A DNA stretch of 64,000 bases from Lingula anatina (Eukaryota; Animalia; Brachiopoda). The translations under genes and the position numbers were made by a program. Shown in pieces: positions 14,701-29,000 of this stretch (within the stretch, counting starts at the first letter, position 1; the number at the start of each line of letters is the position of its first letter). The stretch spans positions 22,816,001 through 22,880,000 of the forward strand of contig CM120642.1 in assembly GCA_051362555.1 (NCBI GenBank). The letters are read 5' to 3'. The notes under the pieces were generated by a model. It saw nothing but the letters and a program-made list of their open reading frames with translations. It was not told the DNA's origin and did not search any database.

Positions 14701-17700
14701 GTCCTCTTGAAGGTCCTGAACAGCTCAATGTGGGTATATGTTGTCCCACGGCGATCCTCCTCGCCTTCTTTGAACAGACGATCCACAGTCTCTTGCTCTA
14801 ACTTCGCTTTGTTGACCTTGGCAACGCGTTTTATGATCACCTCCGCCTCCTCATGTCTACCGCGTGCTAGGAGCCATCGTACTGATTCAGGGAAAAACCT
14901 GGGAAATATTAAACCTTTAAAAGGAAGAACTTTTTACATAAAGAAAATTTAAAACTTTATGGCCGAATTGTAACAGATACACTTTAGTGACCATTCCCAG
15001 ACCCTATCGTACTAACAGTGGATCGATCTATCTCCTTAAGCGGCTTAGATGTCTGTCACACCCACTGAAGCTGCTAGGGGGTAATTAATTATCGTTTAGC
15101 AGCTTCAGTAGGCGTGCCAGACACCTAAGCCGCTTAAGCTGAAAGCAATTTAGTGAGAAACCCCTCGGAGATGGCTCGATCCTGTAAGGTCGATCTAGGT
15201 ATGGGAACCCAGTCTAAGATTTCTCAAGCTCACCGAGTGATGATGGCTTGATAGCCATCGTATACTGGTAGTTTCAGAGGGAAAACGTAAGGTATAATTA
15301 AAAACATTAAAATTTGACATTGAAAAATTAAATATCTTTTAGTATATATGGTCGACATGAAAACTTGCAGTTTTAATGTTATTCGTTTGAGACACTGTAA
15401 TAGATGTACTTGGTGACAGAAGAAAACGCAAATACGCATTTTGCAACCACCAATTTTCGGTGACCAAGAGTCTTCAAGAAATAAAAATAACTTGTAATTG
15501 CAGCATTATGAAACTACCACTGAAATGAATGAAACTGATTTTAATATTTCAGAGAAACTGGGTGAATATTTTCACCATCAAACCAAACCAACCAGAAAAA
15601 AAACGAGATTACGCTACTTACATGTATGCACAAAATAAGTGTCAACAGCCGAAAGGAACAATGTTGGCTCCTCTTTATTTCATTCTAATAATGTACTGTT
15701 TAAGAGGTATTTATTGGGTAAGACTCAACTTACCACCAAAAACACACAAATAGAACTCCAGGGGAAGTTGTTGCCAAGGCTAGGTGACGCCAATTGCGTA
15801 TAAGATAAGCCTCGAACGCCATTACTATATGTCCCAAACCAAAAAATATCCCTATGCCCATCGCAGGTATCCGTCTTTTACCGACTCCTACTAATTCCAT
15901 ACCTATAGCAAACAGAAAGCTTGGTTTCATTCTGATTTCGTACTGATTTTCTTTATTCTAAAATCTATTTACACTACTGCTTTAAATTTGTGATATGGTC
16001 AGTCACTTCTTAGAAATGGCCAATCACCATATCACGTCGTGACGTCATGTCGATTGTGTCAAACAAAGACAAAAAATGATAATAACAGAGCGTTGCATGG
16101 CTTTCCTATAAATATCAATGTATAAACAAGGGACTGATCTTTATATGAGGGAAAAAAAGAGCCATAGAATAACATACGTTTTGTCCTAGTAATTTCCAAA
16201 ATGTTCAATCCCAGTAAATAAAAAACAACGAGGTTTATACCCAAAGTTTAAAATGCGTTTAAATGCGTCAGTTATGAATCTGAGCAAATTATCTGAAAGT
16301 TTATTTCGTTAAAAAAGACTACGATCACCGACACAACGTTCTGTGTACTTGCGCTCGATACTTACCTAACGTGTACATGGCGAGGAAGGCGCTTGAATCA
16401 CTCGCGCCTTGTATTACGTACAGAGTGCTGAAGACAAGCATGTTAGGAGCAAAAGCCAGAGCTATCCCAGATAGCACCTGAATACTAATGCTGGTCAAGA
16501 AAACTGGACGACGACCAAACCTGAAAATAAATCAATTTACAATATCAAATGTAATAACATTATCAAATTTAGAGAAATTAAAATTTTGAGTGATGCTTTA
16601 ATTTAACAAACGGAGAATGGCCCCATTGAATATCTATAAGGATGCCATTTTCCAAAACATAACGTGTTTTCTTCTTTCTATAAGTCAGCAGTAGTAATCA
16701 GAATTAAGAAAATAATATTACGTGGATCACCTCAACTTTAATCCAGCGATGTTTACTACTTATTTTCACATTTATCAGCAACCCAGAATGCATTTTGCTC
16801 CCAAAGGCGATTTAATCAAAGTGATTTCCAGGTATATAAGATAATTTATCACCCGTATAATTTTTCCTTCTAAAGCATTATCACAAACCATCATAGTTCT
16901 CGCCAAACCTGACCTGTCAGACAGCCATCCAGAGATGAAGATTGACAAGAATTTGCCAGTAAAGAACACGGTGTTACAAGTACTCATCTGCCAAGCGTTC
17001 TCACAACCGAGATCAAACTGAAATGTATAACATATACATGTAGGAAATAAATCGCAGGATAAAATACAACATTCAATAGAATTATTTACTGAGCATTAAG
17101 AAACATAAGACATCAGACATCAGACGGAAGAATCTCAATATTTCATAAAATCTCAGTAGAATGTCTGATGCACCCTCGTGCATTTTACCGTATTCCGGTG
17201 TGCAGCTATAGACGAAGTTATTAATTACCTACTAGGACGTAATAACTCGGTAGAAACATATACTGAACAATATATTGAATAAAATAAAATTTGCTTTGTT
17301 GTTGCTAAATCAAATTGCTGACCGCTACAGTATGATAATGACGTGTGGAAATTGGGAGCATTTATGTGGGGGTCAGATTAAAGGAGATCACCATTCTGTC
17401 TTATATGTCCACCGTTTGCGTTCTTCTTTGCTTCTTGTTTACAAGGTTGTCGACCATGTCCTTTCATTTCACTAGTCCTCGAGTTATTCAGAGCTGGAAC
17501 ACCGTCGCAGAACCTATAGATACGTGACATGTTTCAAGAATATGCTGGTCAGTCAAGAACTGGATCATGCTTTCAAGAGGTGTACATAGATTCTGTCAAC
17601 ATCAGGCCGGGTATTGTCATGCTGGGAGGTGAAGTGATGTTGGCGGACGAACGTCAGTTTGTGTGAGAATCTCATTTGGATATGTTTGCGCATTCAGGTC

Positions 17701-18876
17701 TTCCTTGTCGAAGTGCATTTGACCCTTTAACACCACCTCTTCCATGGGCGATTCTGCCAGTAACATTTGTGTCAGCAAACCTTTCAAGTATTCGCGATGT
17801 CATTCCTTTGTGTAATGCAGACGGATCCGTGAGTTGTCCGTAAAAATCATCTTTCCCAGCGTGCCAATGACCTTCAAATGTATACATGTACGCTTGCAGG
17901 TCATTTCCATTTGCTAAACAGCGGTACGGTCTAGGTCACAATGAGGACCACAAAAGTGTAGGTTTTCTTATCTCGGGCACTTCCAGACAATCTGTGGAGT
18001 GGTGTATCTGTTTCACTGGGCAATTGTTTTACCTGCTGTGCATGTTGTTGCTTATGTTTACAAATCAAGAAAACTATAACAATTTATAGGCAATAGCAAA
18101 AGCAATATCAGCCTATTTTATGTAACATGCATAAAGATATAAAAAAAGTTCATTAGTCTGGTATATATGAATTTTCGGATTAATAGTTTCACAGACAATG
18201 TTATTTTACCGTCAAAATTTGACGGTAAAAAAAGGATTGTCTGTGATACTATTAATTCAAAAATTCATGTACAAAGATGCTTTAGATGGTACATTCTTAT
18301 TTTTGCTGACTCGCAGCTAATGTACACAAAATATAGGTTACTAAGTGGATGGTAATAAATGGTGCGATTCCACCGTGTTTGAAAACTTACCTCTGACACG
18401 ATGGTCGACTCATACTGGCCAGAGCTGTACACTCTTCCTTCTGGACACGGGACCGAACTTGGTGGACCAGCCTGGTTATTGCTCACTCTGTGGTTGATGG
18501 CCGTCCAAGACGTGTTCTTGTTATTTCTCAGGACTGTGCCATAATGAAAAGTTTCGTTAAGAAGAAAAAACGTTGTTGTTCTATTGGTAGACCATTCATC
18601 GAATGTATACAGTTTGCAAGAACTCCTTTCACCTTTGTCTGTGTATGGTATGGTTAGATTCAGCAGTTCCTCCTGCGAAACATTCCCATATTTACTGGTG
18701 ACAACATCGACGTATGCTGACGGTATCTTGCAGTGATGGTTAGGCTCTATACCGTAAAACACAATACCAACTGTGGATGTAACAGAGTAAACCGCAACTA
18801 TGCATAGTAAGGCATATCTTTGCCTTTGATATGTTCCAATTTCGCCCAAAATTTTCAGCAAGTCGTCAAAGTTCAT
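11770..18876 (-). CDS. SLC22-family organic ion transporter (MFS), paralog A; 9 coding exons, ~586 aa
   Basis: Exons with GT-AG sites in one continuous frame: 18391-18876, 16914-17017, 16366-16520, 15734-15902, 14671-14898, 14180-14394, 13225-13333, 12170-12388, 11770-11845. SLC22 motifs: MNFDDLL..LGEIG.YQ, Cys/N-glycan-rich first loop, STIVSEFDLGC, GWLSDRFGRRP, PESVRWL, DKFGRR, ESYPTVIR, VPETLN. Ends DCSKV*. Confidence 0.93.
12521..12848. mobile_element. Two tandem Harbinger-like MITE copies (family 3)
   Basis: TIRs agggcattcagaacagcgga...tccgctgttttgaatgccct (~12665-12848), with a partial second copy upstream. Related copy at 50489-50650. Confidence 0.55.
13547..13803 (+). mobile_element. 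Palindromic Harbinger-like MITE (family 2) in intron 6 of gene A
   Basis: Internal inverted repeat (cttaagcggcttaga...tctaagccgcttaag), TTA flank. An inverted copy lies at 14987-15214. Confidence 0.65.
14987..15214 (-). mobile_element. Palindromic Harbinger-like MITE (family 2) in intron 4 of gene A
   Basis: Reverse-complement match to 13547-13803; flanked by TTA and TAA. Confidence 0.65.
17390..17670 (-). mobile_element. Degenerate Tc1/mariner transposase fragment in intron 1 of gene A
   Basis: Minus strand reads QHDNTRP followed by a decayed L-D-(W)-PAYS..MS. This resembles the Tc1 QDNARPH...WPAxSPD motifs, broken by stops and frameshifts. Confidence 0.5.
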
Positions 18877-19788
18877 CTTGAAACAGTGTTTTCGATAAAG
18901 ACACTGTAAGGCAAAGAGAGAGGGTTAAAGTGACATGTCAATCTGGATTGAGAACAGTACTTAAAGGTTAACGATACTTGTTGTTTATCAAAACTATTGC
19001 ATTATACTCCACGAAGAGTGCACGCGCCGCACATAGATCACATACACCGCATTAACTGTAAACAAAGTAAAGTAAAGACCTAATACCTCACTCACTGAGT
19101 ATCAGCCATATGACATTTAGTACAAATTACTGACTAGTCCATATACCCAACGCCACAATTGCCAGTAGGCGTTTTATAGTCTCCCAGTTCGCCACATATA
19201 CATGTATCCTTTATCCCGATCGCCGTTGCTTCAATCAACCATATTTTAAAATCAGTTTGCGGTGACATCACATTTTAACGGATATTGCTTTGAATATTAT
19301 ACAGATGATTTAATAATTAAATGTTTGCTTACTTTCGGAAGCATATGTACAGTGAAGTGCGTACTAGTAGAAAAAGCACTTGTACTTACCGAACATAAGT
19401 ATGTGCTACGGAATATTTTGGGGAAGCGTGCAGATGTACGTAGAGGTGCACCTTTACGTTACGGGAGGTGAATTTTCAAAGGGGGGGGTGTCGACTCACG
19501 CCTTGGTTTAAATAACTCTGATCAAAATAACATGATCTAAGACTGTGCCCCTGGAGACAGTAACCCTAGTTAAAAGCTTTGCGTTTGTTTATGGGATTCT
19601 CGAGTTCATTTATTTGTTTATTATTAATATATATTTATTTGATGCTGTAATTCCCCTGAATGCCTTTATTTTACCTATGTCTGTATGTGGAGGAATGGAC
19701 AGAGTGACAGTCTAACAGTTCTGATCTGAATTAGATGAGCCCGTGCACAATGTACTGAATGTGGCTTGCGTGGTGTGAGGCGTCTTGC

Positions 19789-20017
19789 CAGTGGCAAATT
19801 ATGGGGGGGGGGGGGGGGGGGGTACTGCCCCCCTTCAATATTTCGAAAAATAACATCACCGGTCCCTTCTTAAAATTATAATTTTGACTAGCTGAATCAC
19901 AGTTCTAAACCGTATCAATTGGCACCGTTCGCCCTCTAAAATGCCAAGGTACTACACCTATGGCCTGTCATTTCTTACAAACGGACCCCCCTTCAAATAA
20001 TCCTGGATCCGCCCCTG
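19789..20017. mobile_element. hAT-like non-autonomous element (CAGGGGCGGATCCAG-type end)
   Basis: Ends are cagtggc... and ...cctggatccgcccctg, with poly-G/poly-C subterminal tracts. No TSD evident. Confidence 0.45.
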
Positions 20018-20334
20018 CTCGCCTCTGTATGAGTATGGCCTAAGAAGTCGGTTGTAAAAGGGACGTTCAGGCCTGATGTGGAGGGGGGTTGGACTAGTTA
20101 CAGAAAGTGCTTCTTGATCAACAAGTGTCCTGGTAATAGGGGGATGGGAGAGGGGGTGGTGAATTCAGTGTTTTTACAAGAGAAGAAAGCAAATCTTGGT
20201 GTTGGCTTTTTTGATCAAAGGTGTATCGCCTTTGTGGGTGTGCGTATGCTTGTGCACAGTATAAATGCACTGATGTGCAAGAACGCCTCTTATTGACTTA
20301 AGTATTTCGCTTTTGTGGCTGCGGTGCTTACAGA

Positions 20335-20640
20335 TAGCGGCGCAGTGAATGAGTTTGTGAGGACAGTGTGCTGTGCTCACTAATAGAGTCTAGGGAGTTC
20401 AAACTGCAGCGTGTTGATAGCTCAAAAGTTGAGTGAGAACGGCAGCTGGGGTATACTAGTGTGCTTCTTGTCGTTATATACGACAACAGATAAGGTGCAT
20501 GTATCATTTCAACCCTCCATGGGTTGTCGGACAGGTAGTTTTCCCATGTCTGGAATAGATAAAACTACACCATGCTACACCTATGGCCGATTCGGGCACG
20601 TTATTCAAAAATCCTCATCCTGTCATAATTATTTGTTCCA
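20335..20640 (+). mobile_element. Possible decayed tRNA-derived SINE
   Basis: A-box-like tagcggcgcagtg and B-box-like ggagttcaaact about 50 nt apart; no cloverleaf. Confidence 0.25.
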
Positions 20641-21005
20641 TGCCATATTCAGGAGGCCACGGCTCATGTTTCACCTATTTAACTACGCTAGCTACTCATA
20701 TAGTGACATTAGTAACCACCAGTGGACTTCACTTTACCGTCGGATGTTTTCTTGACACGGTCTACGACACCTGTCTGTAGATAATACTGAACATGTGAGT
20801 GCGTTTATGCAAAATATGCCACCGAAAGGAGAATTTATTTGTGGTTTTTTATGATGTCACGAAGCTTTATATGCCTGCCTTGAATGGCAATGTCAAGGCA
20901 ACAAATAAACGATCTTCGTGTGTCATAGCACAGGTCATCTAGGCCGGTTACCACTATAACATTCCATTACAAAGATTAAACCCATTCGGTTACTGGGTCT
21001 TTAGT

Positions 21006-21008
<3 letters not shown>

Positions 21009-21064
<56 letters not shown>
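21009..21064. repeat. (AT)n microsatellite
   Basis: Direct reading of the sequence. Confidence 0.95.
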
Positions 21065-21066
<2 letters not shown>

Positions 21067-22837
21067 CTCCTCCCCTGCCTCTGTGCAGTTTATATCCTTG
21101 TTATTGACAATGTATGTAGGTTTGACGATTTATATCCTGCCGATTCTACAAATATCGTTAAATGTTGTAATTTACTGGGTGGTGTCTATTGCACAACAGT
21201 TTGGTTATTCTGGAGGGTCAATTGTTGCCCAATTACATTAGATTCTTTTTTCCACAAGGTTTCACACTTTGCGTGTAATTGCAAAAAACGGTCCTAGTTT
21301 AATTGCTACCGAACGACTACTAACAAATGCAGTTCACAATTCCACTCACTAGGATGATTTACGTCGAGGACGTAAGCTTTAACGATTTACCTGTAGTCAT
21401 GTGCAGCGAGTTGTTTAAGGTCGTCGGACTAGCTCGTGTTGTTCTATCCCACTGTGGGTTGAATTTTTAGCCCTTTTCACGCGGACGCAGGGGAAGGTAA
21501 TATCACGTTTTTAGTAAGGCCTGTACGCTGTCAAAGTGTCACTTTGCTTGGTACCGTAGTTTCGGTCCACATCTCAAGCATTTCCGCCTCGGCTTCTTAA
21601 TCTGTGACAATAGTTAACATGACTGCAATGTAATCTTACCTTCGTTGTGAGGTGCAGCGGAAAAGCTTTTTAACGCGTTCTCTGCTAATCATAAAAACAG
21701 TGTCGACGTAACGCCGTTGTTGCCTCGGAGAAAAAAGCAGTCGCCAAGACTTATATTCGTTCTCGTAAATTGAAATCGCATGTTATATGGAGAAGCACCA
21801 CGATCGTTTATGTTAGACGCCGGCATGCATAATGAAGTACAGGCATATATCTCGTAAATAAAACTCATGTAGCTGACAACATGCAGATTTTATATCAATT
21901 TCGTATACTAAACTGTATTAAAGACTTCACGGCATCTACACTGTAGTGTAATGTCATTTTCCATCGACCGATCGGTCTGTCTGTCTGTCTGTCTGTCTGT
22001 CTTCTATCTATCTATCTATCCATCTATCTGTCTATCTCCATTTATCTATTTTGAAAGTGTCTTTTGACAGATAAATGTTAATATATTATTTAATATAGAT
22101 ATAGCAAGCCATTTATTCAGAACGACACGATACTTTTTCAAACAAAAGTGAATTTGCAGTGCAACCATTAACACGCCCACCCGTGATAATAACGTACATT
22201 ATACTGAGATAATTTACTGACACAATTAGCTTATGGTTGTGGAGAGTGAATTTTCTAATATTCCAGTTGTGTGACATCACATAAGAGAAAAATAATCTAG
22301 TACTGGACTAACGAAGTAATAAGGCAACCATTCAATGAAGCGTTGGACACCACCGATCATCAGCAGTTTGGGTAGTAACGAGCTTCATGTATATATGCTT
22401 TACAATGAATTCCAAAAAAAAAAAAAAAAAAAAAACGCGTTTGATTGGTTCTCTCGCAACTATATACTTAGCTGACAAGCAAAGAGTGAACATCGTGTAT
22501 AACGAAAGTTTCTCACAGTGCCACACTTCTGTGTGACACCTAGGTGCTCAAACAGATGGAACAGGTGGAAGGGTGTTAGTTACTATCGCCCCGTGGTGTG
22601 AGGGTACCTGTCCGGAATATTAACGTCAGTATATATATATATATATATATCCAGTTTGTTGATAATTTTGATGCGGTAATTCTCTTTAAGATATTTTCTG
22701 TCTGCCATTTCAAATGATTCTGCAGGTTATACATATTAAAATAAGCAGTGCATTTGCTGTGTATGAAAATGTATGAAAAAATAGTCATCAGATCGTGAAA
22801 TATGGACTGCATAAAATAACCCATCGTCTCCGTTGCG

Positions 22838-22839
<2 letters not shown>

Positions 22840-22913
<74 letters not shown>
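22840..22913. repeat. (CT)n(AT)n microsatellite downstream of SLC22 gene B
   Basis: Direct reading of the sequence. Confidence 0.95.
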
Positions 22914-22917
<4 letters not shown>

Positions 22918-23095
22918 TGTGTACAAGCATCGTATGCTTTTGAAGAAATGTGTTTTCGGAAGGGTAGATAACCAACTGAAAATTGCAAGCATAAAGGTCG
23001 CTAAGAACATGCGTTTTATTTAATGTCAGGCAGATACAATAACCACAATCATTACTTTGTTTCTCAATTGTCATCTGAATCTATGTTCTTATCTA

Positions 23096-26000
23096 TCACA
23101 ATTCAGAACCTTCACTAGTAGTGGTGGCGCCTTCAGCCTCATTTCCATTCTTCTTTGACGTGCAACCCTGGCTGAAAATATAAATATAACTCATTACATC
23201 ATGTAATAATAGGCCAATTTTAAAAAATTAGGAGAGGGGGAGATCAGTGGGTATGATTGGTCTGTTAAACGAGCAAAACACGTAATTGGCTTCACAAGCA
23301 TCTGTTTCACCTACCACCCGCGAGGCATCAGGTACATTTGCCAAATTAAATGTGTTTGTAATCTCATCTCTATACATACAAAGTGTGGACAAAGTTCCCT
23401 TTCTTTTTCCTATCTAGTACGAACACAGCCCAGTGACCTTCCCCCACGACTACCTTTGTTTTCCTCTGTTAATGACAATATGGACCTCCTCTTATAAACA
23501 GTGTATAATCTTACATGTTCCTATCCAGCACGACGTCCCATTCTTCCACGGTCTGCAGAAGTGGATTGTTCAGAGTCTCAGGAACTAAGAACATCAGGAA
23601 CCCAGCGCCTATGTACACCGAGCCGAATACGATGAAAGGAAGTGGTCTGTACACACTACCTAGTGTGAGAATCTGAGGGGTGATTGCGATTCCAAGTCTG
23701 GCGACTGACGAACAAAAACTCAACCCCATGTGCCTATGAAAAAAAGAAGGAAAAAAACAGGTAATATAGTTGAATTCATTTCTTTTTAGTGATTTGATAA
23801 ATACATGTTTTGATATAACAGTACATATATAAGCAGTTGTCATTTTGCAGGTATAAACAAAGCAACAAAATCGATGCATTTAAATTGGTTAATAATACAT
23901 GTAAGACAGTAATGGCAGTGAAAAATTACTTATCAAGGCAAACATTATTTAAACCAGTGGATGACAAAGATTCAACCTTAACATCTACAGAACTTACAAA
24001 GAACTAAAATCTACATTTGATATATTAAACATATATTTATTTTAACGAACTAAAAGCTACATACACGTAGATGCCCCAATGCTTCTAATATTTATTTTAA
24101 TGCCTTTATTTGCATATAAAAAATGGAAGAATAAGTTTGTGAATTGTTTACTCTTATAGTTGTGAATTGAATTCAAAGTTAAAATATTTTAAAGAATAAC
24201 ATGAAAAATACCTGATGACAGTTGGGTAACTCTCTACTAAAAACATGCTAAAAACCGCCTTAGACAGAGTGATCAACATTTTCCCAAGTGTGGCAAATGT
24301 AATGGTGAGATAGAATGTTCCTGAAAAGAAACCACGTTTTAGTCGCGTAAAATGTAAAATTATTCCTTCTACCTATCTATTTATTCATCCTTATAGCTCA
24401 AAACAAAAAATCATCAGCACTGTATTTCGCAGAGTTTTAAATGTAAAATATGACTTTTGATTTTACAGAAAACAACGCGTTTCACGAATTCACACTATAA
24501 TTTAAGTAGGTTTATTTTAGATTTCGCACTCTGACAATACTCACTCGTTGGAATCAGTCCAGACGCAATACAAAGACTGCCACCCAGACAGCTTGTCCCA
24601 AAGATCATCTTCCGTCGACCAAATTTGTCTATGAAGAAGGCGGCTGCCAATAGCCCTGGGATATCTGCTGCTCCAAGTAGGGCAAAACTGAGATATAGAC
24701 TACCTCCTAGACCCTTGGCATTCAGAGTTAACCCATAATAGCACATCATAGTCGCCATCCTTTGGAAAAACAAGAAAATATCTCACGTAGCTATGTCGAT
24801 ATTTTGAATAATATATTGGCATGAGTTTATAGGCGTTGAAAAGCACATAAAAAGTTTTAAAAAAATCATCACACATATTTTGAAATACCATTAACGAAAT
24901 CGGTTTCTGTACAAAACAAAATGCTATTATACCCCGGTAACTAATATCGTAAAAGGTATACAGATGTTAAATTACACACAATGGACAATAGAATTGTCAC
25001 CAATAGTTTGGGGAGATAAAAGGACTGTGGAATGCTATGCTCCTGGCATAATTTTATTAACATCCAACTTGACACACAAAAGAAAAAAAAACAAAATGTA
25101 GACCAGGCATTATAACTACTCAAGATCCGCCTTCTTTGATTATTGATTACTTGATTATTATTTGATTACTCTGATTCAGGGGGTGACACTTCTATTGTCC
25201 ATTGTGTGTAAAAAATTAATTAAACTAAAGAGGAACAAAATAGTCTTTTTTAAACAAGTGAAACATTTGATAACAATATTACTGGTTATCCACTATACTG
25301 AAAGGACTTTGGGAGCACATGTACACGTGTGCAAATAAAACACGAAGTGGAAAATGGAGTCTATGTTCGTGGGTGCATGTATCAAAATGATAAATATTGC
25401 AAAGAACGGTACAGAATATACGGAAGGTAAATTACTATTGAAATAATCGAATTCTCTTGCTTCTGATATACTGATATACAATGTGCATGTACGAATAATT
25501 CTAATTTTTCTCACCAAATGAAAGCCAGTACAGAAGTTATAAAAGCCCTTCTCCAGGTCTTGAACAGCTCAATGTGGGTGTATGTTGTCCCTCGGTGATC
25601 CTCCTCGCCTTCCCTGAACAGACGATCCACAGCCTCTTGTTCCAACTTCACTTTGTTGACATTGGCAATGCGTTTTATGATCACCTCTGCCTCCTCGTGT
25701 CTACCTCGTGCTAGGAGCCATCGTACTGATTCAGGGAAAAACCTGGGAAGCATCTGAACTTTTAAAGGAGGGACTCTTTAAGCAAAGAAAAATTTTTGGC
25801 CGAAATGTTGCCAACAAGCAGTAAGGTACCTATGGTTTGTAAGCCATTGTACAGAATCAGGATAAAACCTGGGGCATGGTTTAAAACATTAACCTAATTA
25901 TTTAAATTTTGACAAATTAAATATCTTTTAGGTATAACCGAAATGATACGGAGGCCAAAAAAGACAATCGAAGAAAATGTAACAATTCGTACCCACAAGT

Positions 26001-29000
26001 TTACAATTCATCAAAACATATTTAATTCGTTCGTACAATATGATAATTCGTTTCCACAAATTGTAATTCCTTCCCTCAGTTGAATAAGTTAGTTCCCACA
26101 TTGTTTATTCGTTCCTACAATTTAATTAGTACGTTCCCACAATTAAAAAGAGCTAGGGACAGCTTTGCAAACAGTGTATATACTATTGGATTTAGATCTT
26201 CGGTCCTCTTCATAATAATGGCATGTTTTCAGTGACTTTTTGACAAAAAGATGATGTTTTTTGTTTTCTTTCAATAATTGAGGTAGGTCACATTTCCACA
26301 ATGACCATACACAATAGCATGTCTCATGCTTCATTTTATTTCAAACCATAAATTAAGTGCTACAAAATAAATAAAAATAAATAAATAAAAAAGGTTTTAT
26401 GTGTTTAAAAGCTGGGAATGCATTTTTGTTTCAACGGATTTAAATAAAAAATTAGTTAATAAGGCCAGACAAAATCAATTAGCCGTTAAACGAGCGAGCC
26501 AGTTTTGATGGTATTGATTGCTTAATTTATCTGCTTGGTCCCTTAAACATCATATGTTAAAAAATCCGACCCATTTTACATAGACTCGCTGATTATTCGC
26601 CCGCTATTAAGTATTGACTGGCCTAAAAATAAAATGCTGGAAATACCATCAGGCAATGAGCAAAAATGCTCATTAGCTTGGTAGGTTGGCCGAGAGGTAA
26701 CGTTATGAAAATATTTCGGTTTGTGCTTGATAATTCTTATTTATGACCATCAGTCAAATTCAGCAGGTGTATGATTTTGACTAAACAAACTGCATTTTAA
26801 ATTCTAGATTAAGCTGCAGGATACTGTAACCAGGTAATTGGGACAGCCATTATACATGATATTCGAAACAACAGATTAGCCAGCATAGCAGACCATGCCC
26901 GAGGTATATAACACAATCAAATACGCAACTGAGACTCCACAAACTGAAATGCGGATCGGAAGAGTAAAGTGCACGGGACGATGTTCACGATGCTGTTATC
27001 TAGACTTATTTGATTTGTGCTGATGTGTCAAAATAATTGTTCAGTGCAAACTTCTGTATTGTAAGAAACAGAACTTTATCTTTTTCAGTGCAGTGCTATT
27101 AATTATTGCATTTTCTACTTTGATGAATGGAAAAACCAGGATAGTATATGATAGAGAAAATGGTATATCCTCCAACTATGATTATGCTGATGAGTACCAA
27201 GGGCCAGCTATTGACTCAACTACTCACAATGCCCACTGTGTCGTGGTGAAAATGTCCACGGTAAGCCAAGTTAAACGATGGCTTGAGATATGCAGAACAT
27301 ACCATAAACCAGAATCTGAAAATGAAATCAATAGTGGAACAGGGACCCAACTCAAGTTTCCATATACTAACTCATCAGGTGCTACACTAGGCACAGTTTC
27401 ACTATCATTCTATCACACATCAAAGTCCAAAAAGTTACACATTCAAGGAGCAGCCTATATGCTATGGTTGGCAAATGATTACCCCAAGATTTCACTCCTG
27501 GTATCATCACCAAAGAAAATTCAACCACTAAACCCAGAGATTAGCACTCAGCAGTCTAGATCCACGCCACCTGTTAGTGATACAAGTATCATAGATGAAA
27601 ACACCCAAACACTCCGCAAGGGATTCAAAACAAAAGTGCGACCAAGTCAAAAAGAAGTGAAAAATGAGAGAGAGATATCCAAAATACATGAAACTTTACA
27701 AGCAGTAGAAAACCAGTATTCAGAAATAATTTTCAACACAGCAGATGCCAAAAGAGAAGAGGCCAAGTCCAAAAGCATACTTAGTGACCAAATAGAGACA
27801 ATAAAAACAACAATATCCCATATCTCAGCTTTATCAGACTCTAGATACCTGGAAACCACAGCTATATTATCCAAAATCACAAAGCAGCTTTACTACCTCA
27901 CTGAGAAAATTGATGGCAAGCCACAATGTAGAACAACAACTGTCACCACAGGGACACAGTGTGAGACATCAACCACCATCTCAAAACAAAAGACAACAAT
28001 CAACAAAGGGACACAAAGTGAACCATTATCACCCCCCAAACAAAAGGCGACAATCAGCAGTGGAACACAGTGTGAAGAAGCTGACTACTTAAATATACAG
28101 AGGGCCTCCTCTCCACCTGTACAAGCAAATAAGGGACAAGATAAAGATGTTAACAACACTGATAACAAAGCTGATAGCTCCCTACCACCAGTATCCGTCA
28201 AATTGTCACCTGTCAACAAAGCTGCAAAACAACCTGCAATATCACATGTACCAGAACTAACAGCAGTAATACCACCTCCAGTGTCACCTGCATCTGTCCC
28301 AGCATGTGAACCAACCACATCTTCTAGCACAGAAGTACCAGTTATAACTTCCAGTATAGACAATAGTCACCCACAAACATCAGCCAACCCAAGCACCAGA
28401 AATGAAGGCACAGTGAATATATCAATCTCGGAAATAAATACTTCTTCCCCAGAGGTCGACAATGTTGTAATATCCGACTCCATTGGGAAAGGAATTCAAG
28501 CTAAAAAACTCTTCCCAAAAACAAATAGCAGTTGCTATGTTTTAAATGGAAAGAAAATTGCGGACGCAAAAAATCTCATGACTGAAAAACACTTTGGACA
28601 CCCCAAATCAATTACTATCATCATCGGATCCAACAACATCAGCTCTAACCAACCACCTAATCAAGTTGCAAATGAAATGAAAGAACTGATACACTGTGCG
28701 AAGCAGCAATATCCAACCACAACAGTCATTGTCTGCAACATCCTCCCACGCTGGGGAAATAAAAGATTCAACGATAACGCACAGGAAGCGAATGCCCTTA
28801 CACATGAATTTTGCAAGACACAACCCAGTGTAAAATATATGCACAATACAAACATTGTGTGCAGAAGGGATTTCTTCGCTTGGGATGGGATCCACCTATC
28901 CCAATCTGGAACAATTGCCCTTGCCCGAAATATCAAGCTAACAACAGGATCCAACCCTTCTACCAATGGAAGATACCCACACCCTCCACAACCCCAACAC

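Noticed and set aside
20335-20410. tRNA gene
   Set aside because: Only A/B-box-like motifs; no acceptor stem or cloverleaf.
22576-23074. YIYI/RERE/CVCV-rich short ORFs here and at 7718, 11560 and 62499
   Set aside because: They are translations of microsatellites.
25983-26143. ~21-bp repeat array as a CRISPR array
   Set aside because: The context is eukaryotic, the units are degenerate tandem copies with no unique spacers, and there are no cas genes. They are subterminal transposon repeats.
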